DNA from: the human T2T-CHM13v2.0 reference genome, Homo sapiens | Assembly (NCBI RefSeq): GCF_009914755.1 | Contig: NC_060931.1 | Length of the DNA stretch: 64,000 nt | Reading direction: 5' to 3' (one strand) | Shown: one piece after another, positions 52,822 through 64,000 of the stretch | How positions within the stretch are numbered: position 1 is the first letter of the stretch | Layout of the letters: every line of letters begins with the position of its first letter | The notes under the pieces: generated by a model | Databases searched by the model: none | Seen by the model: the letters and a program-made list of their open reading frames with translations, nothing else | Told to the model about the DNA's origin: nothing | Made by a program: the position numbers and the translations under genes

Positions 52822-53816
52822 AGAATAATGCCCTCCATTTTGCATGTGTTTTAACCCAAATCAATATTTCCAAAATGTTTTGCAATGGCTGCAACATTGG
52901 AAAAGATCCAGAAACTCCCATGGACTACTTCAAAACACAGTACGCATTTTCATGAAATCTACTAAGCTATAAGAAAGAGCTTCGAAAATCACAAACCGTA
53001 ATATGAACAAATAATAACCAACATGGTAAATTTATTTTAAAACACAGTTGTGTTGCATTATAAGTCACGACTCATGGATCTAAAGACAGCCAGAGAAAAG
53101 AAAAACACAGGGGCATAAAGTCATTTTAGTCAAGTGTAAGTGTTAAGAAAACATTTGAGAACATCCCAGGCATTAAATATATTTCTGAATGAGTTTCAGT
53201 ATCATCTCCCATATGGTATGGAATTATTTTCCTCTGCATTTCCATGTGTGTTCTTGCTTGCATTTTTGCTGTCTGGACTACTTAAAATTCTAGGCTCTTA
53301 AAACAAATGAACAAGCAAACAAATACAAAGTCATATCTCAGGATCTGTTGCTCAAGCATGTCAGCTTTCTGGAGTAAAACCGAGCGGTGAGGGAACAGGG
53401 TGAGCATTTTCCATCCCTGGGCACTGAGGGAAGGGTACCAGCCAGGTTAATAGCAGAAGGTCAGCAAACCAGGCATGGGGCAGTAACTAGGAGCTTGGCA
53501 ATTGCTCTCACAATGCAAGAAAACATCTGATATCATAGGTCTTCTGTGTCACTGGAGAGCGCCAAGAGGTAAATAAGCATGGCTTTAGGTCAGATACACA
53601 GAACACTGTGTATCTGGAAAAATCCAAGAATCATCTGGGATAGGGTCTTGTCAAAGAGCAGAGAGGAAACGGTCAAGAATAAAAGATGTCCCCATTTTTG
53701 TTGAGGGACTTGGGTTGCTAGAAGGACGGAGGATGAGAAACAGTGGAAGCTGAAGTCCAGGGAAATGGGTAAAGGAAATCACACACGGGAACTCAGTCAG
53801 TAAAAACAGGGAAGGT

Positions 53817-54284
<468 letters not shown>

Positions 54285-54546
54285 GGAAGGTGTGACCTAG
54301 GGGCAGCCTTTTAGAGATCAGGGCTCCCTGAAGAATGACTCAAAAACAAGTCCTTGGATGGAGAGATGGAGCCATGGATGTACATTTGGTTTCAATCAAG
54401 CTAGGATAGGAACACATGCAAGTGAGAGGTGACCTAAGGGTGTGTGAGGAACATTGGTAAGGCCAGATGTACGGAGCTTGGAAGACAGATCCTGGGGAAA
54501 TGAACAGAAAGTCCATAAAAGAAAGGAGAAGAAGAAACAAGTCCCA

Positions 54547-54854
<308 letters not shown>

Positions 54855-55088
54855 CTAAATGATGTTCCTGGCTGACCCTGACATCCCTAGTTTGACGGGA
54901 CTTGGGATACCTGCTCTCTGACTCCAGTCACCCTCCCCACAGTGCCCACCTGAGTCCAGGAGGCCAGTTAGCCCACCCCTCCTGCACCTGCCTCATTCCC
55001 TCAAGAATGGGGAATTGCACCATTCATTAATAAATCCCTTGGGAAAAGAGAAGCATAGGCAAGCAGATCAAACAATGGACTTGTTTCT

Positions 55089-55752
55089 TTTCTTTTTTTG
55101 AGATGGAGTCTGGCTCTGTCGCCCAGGCTGGAGTGCAGTGGTACAATCTCAGCTCACTGCAAATTCTGCCTCCCGGGCCACCACGCATGGTCCCCCGCTC
55201 TTTTTTTTTTTTTTAAGAGACAAGGTCTCACTCTGTTGCACAGGCTGAAGTGCAGTGGCTCCATCATAGCCCACTGTAACCTCCAAACCACTGTAACTTC
55301 CAATTCCACTCCAAGGTCTCGCTCTGTTGCACAGACTGGAGTACAGTGGCGTGATTACAGCCCACTGTAACCTCTAACTCCTGGACTCCAAGACTCAACT
55401 CCATCTCCTGGGCTCAAGTGATCCTCCCACCTCAGCCTCCTGAGCAGCTAGTACTACAGGCATGCAGAACATCCAGCTAATTGAAAAAAATATTTTGTAG
55501 AGACAGGATCTTGCTATGTTGCCCAGGCTGATCTCGATCCTGGGCTCAAGCGATCCTCCCACCTCAGCCTCCTGAGTAGCTAGTACTACAGGCATGCAGA
55601 ACATCCAGCTAATTTTTTAAAAAATATTTTGTAGAGACAGGATCTTGCTATGTTGCCCAGGCTCGTCTCAAACTCCTGGGCTCAAGCAATCCATCCTCCT
55701 GCCGTAGCCTCCCAAGTAGCTGGGCGTATAGGCATGAGCCGCCGCACCTGGC
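55089..55752 (-). mobile_element. Rearranged Alu cluster (internally deleted AluY-like plus AluJ with internal duplications)
   Basis: Repeated Alu sub-segments, including a 132-bp period duplication at 55406-55675. Confidence 0.85.
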
Positions 55753-56888
55753 CCTCACTGAATCATTAAGCAAGGTGATTAGGGAAAAACAGTGGTGCCA
55801 AAAAAGATGGAGGAGGGGAGGGGGAATGGGTTAAGTATACTGGAGCGCCAAGAGGAAGAAGTCAGAAAGACAAGCTAAGGACATTCTGGATAAACCCCAG
55901 ACAGCAGGGCCAGCGTCTGCAATGTGAAAGCTGAGTTCACTCAATGGAGCCAAACAGGATGGATGACATCCTCCTAAATCACATGCAATCAAAATGGAAG
56001 GAATGGGCTTAGCTGATAAAAATCCTGGGCTCAGAAGAATGAAGAGAATCAAGAGTCCTTATAAGAAGCCTTCTGCCCTCCGGGTAGACTGTGGCTCCAG
56101 GCAAGTAACCCAGACAGATATTGGACCTAGAAAACTGGATGCTGCTGAGAAGTTTGACAAGGCTCCAAATGCCAGGGCTTCTTTTCATGGAGTCCTAAGT
56201 AAACAAAGGTCTCACTCACAAAGCAGGCGCACTCACTTATTTGCAAGTCTAATTTATGCAAAACCACCAGTGGCCAGAGGTAGATTTTCTTACCCAACCC
56301 AAACCACTTTTTAGTGTGACAACACTAGAATCTTTGGACTGCTTTGTGTTTGTTGAACTGAAATGAACCCACAGTTGCAGCCAAATGTTTGTGGAGAGTT
56401 TTCTGAGTGCCAGGTCACGTGCTCAGTTGAGTGAGACCTAGTTCCTTCCACATCGAAAGAGAGAAAAATGCATTCAAACTCCTGTGGTTAATTATGTCAA
56501 GGTTGGGGTCTTTTCTCTCCTTTAATCCTCACTTAAAAGGAGCTTCTGATTCTGGAATGATTTCACCAAAATGTTATACAGACATTTGAAATCAGAGCAA
56601 TTGCAAAAGCACTATTTATTACTACATTGAAGCTTTATATAATACTATTTGCTAAAGAACAAAACTTATCATTAAGTTGGGGCCATTGTGGGCTGCATTT
56701 AGTTCATGAAATACTAAGTGGACAGTTAAACAATTGCATTTTGCCCTGAGCTCTCAGCTAGCTACTTTATATTATTTTTCTCTAATCTTCTCCATCACAC
56801 TCAGATTATCAGTGTGGATCCAGCAATGGGAACACATTTTGCTCTTGAATTAATAAAAAAATAGATTCAGTTCTGTCAATTCACAACA

Positions 56889-57199
56889 TTTTTGTTTTGT
56901 TTTGTTTTAGAGATGGGGTCTCACTCTGTCGCCCAGGCTGGAGTGCTGTGGCACAATCATGGCTCACTGCAGCTTTGAACTCCTGAGCTCAAGCAATCCT
57001 CCTGCCTCAGCCTCCCAAGTAGCTGTCACTACAACCACGGGCCATCACACCCCACTAATTTTTTTATTGTTTTTATTTTTGTGAAGTTGAGATCTTGCTA
57101 TATTGCCCAGGCTGGTCTCAAACTCCTGGCCTCAAGCAATCCTTCCACCTCAGCCTCCCCAAATGCTGGGATTACAGGTGTGCACCCCTGTGCCTGGCT
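56889..57199 (-). mobile_element. AluJ
   Basis: Reverse dimer, TSD acaacatt. Confidence 0.92.
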
Positions 57200-57931
57200 A
57201 CAACATTCTCTTTGGTGTAATTCTGTAAAAGTATGCTTAAATTAAACACCTTTGTTATTTATTAGGCCAAATGTATGCCTGATAACGCACCAAAGTATTT
57301 CCCACTTACATTGCCTGAGTCTCTTGTAGATAAGAAATTGCAGTAAGAACCAGGCCCACTGGGAGTAAAAGGCCATTGAATGGGAAGCGAAGCCATAACT
57401 TATGCTATCATTTGACTTATTAAAAAGTACATTGAAAACCATGTACAAATGACAAACACCCTGAGGTCGTATTTCTGTGCTTCCAAATGTAGAATTACAA
57501 TTTGGCTTCTCCTCTAATTCTGGAGAGAAATGTATGATATATGCACAGGGGCGGCCCTGGGCAAATCTTGCCTGGCTGACCTCCAAGCAAGGCAAATAGA
57601 ACCAAGGGTGGGCACAGATTAGTCTCCAGAGACTACTGTAACAGGTTACCACACCATTCATTATCTCAGCGTTCTGGAGGCCAGAGGTCCACAGTCAGTA
57701 CTCTCGAGGAACACCAATTCCTGTTCGGTGTTGGACATCGACTATGGGAAGCCTTGGGAGAATGGCCCTGTTTCAGGAACAGGAACTAAGCCAAAATCTC
57801 CTGCCTTCTCTCTGGCCATTCCACTTCCATACCAACTTCTCATTGCATCTTAAATGTAGACACTCTCTTTGCATTAGCCCACCTTGGTTCCTTTGCTCCT
57901 GCTCACTGTAGAATGCCCTCTCCTCCAGTGA

Positions 57932-59020
<1,089 letters not shown>

Positions 59021-59234
59021 GTCTACCTCACTATGGTTCCTCCCATGAGATGAGGCTGATAATGGGACTTCACCAGAAATTAGACCCTCTTTGCTTGGCC
59101 TCTTCCATTTTCCTATCCTGCGTCCACCCATCCCCCAACCCCCAGTCAGTTTCTCCTGGGAGTACATCCTCAGAAAATTGCTTCCTTCTCTCGGAGCCTA
59201 TTCTTAGACAACCTGACCTAAGATGAAATTATAG

Positions 59235-59600
<366 letters not shown>

Positions 59601-59979
59601 TGTACTGTGTTGTTTTTAAGCCACCAAATTTATGGCAATGTGTTACAGCAGCAATTTGAAACTAATACACATGGAGCATAACTTAGTCCACAGGGTTTGT
59701 TCTGCCTCAAGAACCATAGGAAGCCTTGGGAGAATGTAAACTCCCAGGTAATTTTGGGGCTGGTGCCTCTGGATAAAGCCACAGTGGCCCCAGGATAATC
59801 TGCTGAAGAAGGTGGCAGGTGTGCACAGTTAGGAGAGAGGCTTGCAAAATCTAGAGAAAGCCACAGAGCCAGAAAAAGGAATCTTGGGAGAGAATACACA
59901 TCATCAGCTACAGGTGCAGTGGACTCACACCCAGGACCCAGGTCTACCTCAGTCTATGAATATAGAAAATTCAGAATTT

Positions 59980-60310
59980 GGCTGGGTGTGATGGCTCATG
60001 CCTGTAATCCCACCACTTTGGGAGGCTCAGATGGGTGGATCACCTGAGGTCAGGAGTTTGAGACCAGTCTGGCTACCACGGTGAAACCCCGTCTCTACTA
60101 AATATACAAAAATTAGCTAGGAGTGGTGGCGGGTGCCTATAATTCCAGCTACTCAGGAGGCTGAGGCAGAAGAATCGCTTGAACCCAGGAGACGGAGGTT
60201 GCAGTGAGTGGAGATTGTGCCATTATACTCCAGCCTGGGCAACAAGAGTGATACTCTGTCTCAAAAAAAGAAAAAAGAAAAAAGAAAAGAAAAGAAAAGA
60301 AAAAGAAAGG
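59980..60310 (+). mobile_element. AluS with (GAAAA)n tail
   Basis: Dimer; TSD-like aaattcag(a/g)att. Confidence 0.93.
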
Positions 60311-60491
60311 AAATTCAGGATTCCAGGACTCAGCAGCATGTATCCCTCTGCATCAAGACCTTCTTCTCCAGGTGTGTGGGTCCCTGCCTTATGACATAGT
60401 ACTTGTCTCCCTAGACCCAGCACATGGCTAGGCTCTTGCCATCGTTCCAGTTGGCCCTGTTGCAGGAACAGGAATTGGTCAGGCTGCTACC

Positions 60492-61290
60492 TGTATTAGT
60501 TTTCTAGGACTGTTATAAGAAAGTGCCATAAAGTAGGTGGCTTTAACAGCAGATATTTTTTGTCTCACAGTTCTGCAGGCTGGAAATCCAAGATCAAGGT
60601 GCTGACAGGGTTGGTTCCTTCTGAGGGCTGTGAGGGAGGATCTGCTCCAGGCCTGTCCCTTAGTCTCTGGTGGCTTTGCAGGCAATCTTTGCTGTCTCTT
60701 GGCTTGTAGATCTCTACCTTCATGATTTTCTCCCTGTGTTTGTTCTATGTTCAAATTTTCTCCTTTTTTTTTAGAGATAGAGTCTAGCTCTGTCTCCCAG
60801 GTTGGAGTGCAATGGCAGGACAAGAGCTCACTGCAGCCTCCAACTCCTGGTTCTCAAATGATCCTCCCACGTCAGCCTCCTGAGTGGCTAGGCTACAGGC
60901 ATGAGCCACCAGGACCAGCGAACTCTTTAATCATTTTTTGTAGAGACAGTTTTTGCTTTGTTGCCCAGGCTGGTCTTGAACTCTTGGCCTCAAGCGATCC
61001 TCCCCTTGCGGCCTCCCAAAGTTCTGGCCTCCCAAACTCCTGTCCTCAAACGATCCTCCCCCTTCAGCCTCCCAAAGTTACAGGTGTGAACATCCACTCC
61101 CAGCTCCTTTTTTTTTATAAGGACCCTGATCATATTATTATAGTAGGGGCCCACACTACTCCACTATGACCTCTTCTTAACTAAGGATGTTTGCAATAAG
61201 CCTATTCCTAAATAAGGTCATATTTGGAGACACTGGGGGCCAGGACTTCAACATAGGAATTTTAGGAGGGTAGAATTCAACTCAGAACAG
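60492..61290 (-). mobile_element. MLT1C-like LTR interrupted by AluJ (60763-61103)
   Basis: tgtattagttttctaggactg...tctcacagttctgcaggctggaaatccaagatcaaggtg...aataaggtcatatttggag. Confidence 0.85.
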
Positions 61291-61578
61291 TGCCCAAGGG
61301 CTCACTACCTTCTTGTAGATTTCTCTGATTTCTTTCAACAGCATTTTGTAATTGTCCTTGTAGAGAGTTTTCACCCAAATATCTAAAATCTTCAAATATC
61401 TAAAATTCCAAATAGCTTAATTCTTCTGTCTGTCATGTCTACAGGACCCAGAGGACCTGATCCCCACACTGGCTTCCTGAGCTCACATGGCAGCTAAGCC
61501 CAGCCCCACTTAAGAGGGGATTTAGAAAATACCACCTTCTAAGACTCACCTACTCAATCCACCTGTGGGCGGTTATTT

Positions 61579-61974
61579 TTTTTTTTTTTTTGAATGAGCA
61601 TGGTTGTGCTCCAATCAAACTTTATTCATAAAAACAGTCAGTGGGGTAGATTTGACTCATGGACCAAAATTTGACAATCCATTTTTTTTGAACAGCATTA
61701 TTGTGTTTTTATTAATCCTTCACATAATTATTTTAAAATATGTAATGTACAGCATGAGTTCTATGTAGCCTTTTGAAGAGTGACACTGGAACCTATCAGG
61801 GGATGGGGGGCAAGGGGAGGGAGAGTATTAGGACAAATACCTAATGCATGTGGGGCTTAAAACCTAGATGACGGGTTGATAGGTGCAGCAAACCACCATG
61901 GCACACGTATACCTGTGTAACAAACCTGCACATTCTGCACATGTATCCCAGAAATTAAAGTAAAAAAAAAGATA
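61579..61974 (-). mobile_element. L1PA7/8-like insertion with inverted L1 3' end and about 190 bp of 3'-transduced sequence (includes a MER58-like piece)
   Basis: TSD ggg(c/t)ggttattt at 61567-61578 and 61975-61986; T16 at 61576-61591; minus-strand AATAAA at 61621-61626; L1 3'UTR on + at about 61783-61970. Confidence 0.8.
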
Positions 61975-62074
61975 GGGTGGTTATTTACAAAAAGAGTTAT
62001 ATAGCAACACCCAATTGGGGATAGTTTAAACTTATCTTCCTAGGGGCGGGGGCTACTCAAATAAATGTAGAGTG

Positions 62075-63184
62075 CAGTAAGTCCTCAATTAATGTCCTCA
62101 ATAGGTTCTTGGAAACTGCGGCTTTAAGTGAAACAATATATAACAAAATCAATTTTACCACAGGCTAATTGATATAAACAAGAGTTCAATTCCCTCGGCA
62201 TGCCTCTGGTCACAAAAACATCACCAAACTTCTAGACCAAAAACGCTTCTAGTATTAAACATTGAAATAAGTGTGCATTTTAAATATAGTCAAGAAAGAT
62301 TAGGCCTGGCATGGTGGCTCACACCTGTAATCACAGCACTTTGGAAGGCTGAAGCAGGTGGATCACTTGAATCCGGGAATCCGAGACCAGCCTGGGTAGC
62401 ATAGGGGGACCTTGTCTCTACCAAAAATACAAAAATTGGCCCATCTCATAATCTGGTCTCAAAATAAATAAATAAATAAATAAATAAATAGATAGATAAA
62501 AATGTAAAAATAATGGATTAATAGAAACAATTAAGATAATTATTTATCCAATTTTTGGTGAATCAGTGAGTGACATAGTCACTCACTGATTAGTGAGTCA
62601 TAGTGGTGATAGATTAAATTCAGGAATAAACGTTTGCAAAGTGAGAATTGTAAGGTACTCTTCCTGCCACCATGCAGTTCAACAACACTCACAAATGTGC
62701 CAGTCCCACTGAACTCTTGCATATCATATCATTTATTGTCGTGCATTTGTGTGATTATCGTATACTTTACAAAATTTTATTTGACAATAATTTGTATTTA
62801 TTTATTTATTTCCTTACTCGCCAACCGACTCATTCCAGTTCAGGGTTGCAGGTGGCTAGAGCCTATCCTAACATCTCAGGGCACAAGGTCAAGAACCAGC
62901 CTTGGCCAGGTCACCATATTCCATCACAGAGTACACCCCTACACACACCCATATTCATGCAGACTTGGAGAACGTAGATATGCCAGTTCACCTAACTCAC
63001 ACATCCTTGGGACATGGGAGAAAATCATCCAAGTACCTGAAGAAAACCCAGACAGGCAAGGGGAAAATGTACAAACTCCACACAGACAATAGCTCCAGCC
63101 AGGAATCAGTTTGTTTGTTTGTTTTCTTATCACCGCTATAATAAAACAACATTGAACAAAATGACATTATCCAAAGACCCACTG
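62075..63184. mobile_element. Tigger3-like TcMar DNA transposon with a nested Alu monomer (about 62303-62500)
   Basis: Degenerate terminal inverted repeats cagtaagtcctc...gacccactg; aataggttcttggaaactgcggctttaag. Confidence 0.8.
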
Positions 63185-63524
63185 TGTATCACTTCTGAGT
63201 AGTAAGGGAAACATGTATGGTCAACCAGGCATCAGTTCTCTTTCTGTGCCGCTCTTCAAAAACATCCGTGGTAAATGCCCCACTGTTAATAGGCAGCTAG
63301 ACATGCAAATAGGTTGCTGTCACACAGCGTGGTAAAGGGGGTACCCACAAGGGGTTCAACCGGATACCAAGAAGAGGCACCTCATCTATCCCTGTGAAGA
63401 CAGGATGCAGAAGGACCAGGGAGCGCTTTCAGAGGAGGTGATAGCAAATCTGAGTCATGAAAGAGTAGATATTCTGTCTCTTGCGCCACTTTTAAAATTT
63501 TCACCCAATATGACCTTTCCCTTC

Positions 63525-64000
63525 TGTGATGGATAATTTCATGTGTCAACTTGATTAAGCTTATGGTGCTCAGATGTTTGGTGGAATACCAGTCTAGATG
63601 TTGCTGTGAAGGGTTTTTTTAGATGTGATTAACCCTCAACCCACCCATGGGTGGTTATTCACAATAAAGAGTTAAAAAGCAGAATCCAATGGAGGGGTAT
63701 TTTAACCCTATCTTCCACAAGGGTGGGGGCACTCCAATAAATGTAAATATAGATTACAGTGCATCCTCTTGGTAAACTCTGAATAAAGCTGATAATTGTC
63801 GATAATGTGATGGGCTTCGTCCAATCAATTGAAGGCCTTACAGGCAAAGAACGGAGGTTCCCTGAAGTAGAAGGGATTCTGTCCCAAGGCTGCAACATGG
63901 AAGCCCTGCCCGAGTTTCCTGCCTGCTGCCCTGTGGAATTCAGCCTCAACTCTGCCACATCAACTCTCACCCAGGTCTTCAGCCTGCTGACCTATCCTGT
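63525..64000 (+). mobile_element. MLT2D-like ERVL LTR with a non-LTR insert at about 63633-63770
   Basis: tgtgatggataatttcatgtgtcaacttga...tccaatcaattgaaggcctta... Confidence 0.85.

Noticed and set aside
63641-63654. Perfect palindrome ccacccatgggtgg as a fold-back scar
   Set aside because: The donor reads ccacctgtgggcgg, so the palindrome is explained by CpG decay.

Overview
Primate (most likely human or great-ape) non-coding DNA dominated by interspersed repeats: about 45 Alu copies or fragments, L1 fragments of several ages, MaLR/ERV LTRs (THE1, MLT1, MLT2, MER4A-like, LTR16/LTR33-like), DNA-transposon relics (MER5A, Tigger3-like), MIR and L2. I found no cellular protein-coding exon. The ORF track is almost entirely Alu, L1 or microsatellite translation. 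Main observations: (1) a single TSD-bounded chimeric retro-insertion of about 400 bp of 28S rRNA fused to the 3' 1.4 kb of an L1PA3-like element (39107-40951), carrying an intact I-PpoI site and a near-intact R2 target; (2) an inverted L1 3'-transduction (61567-61986) whose pre-insertion site survives as an older local copy 2 kb away; (3) at least seven locally templated insertions (40-500 bp, direct or inverted, donors 0.5-3 kb away) sitting mostly inside other repeats. Subfamily names come from recalled consensus sequences, not a RepeatMasker run, and repeat boundaries are approximate.
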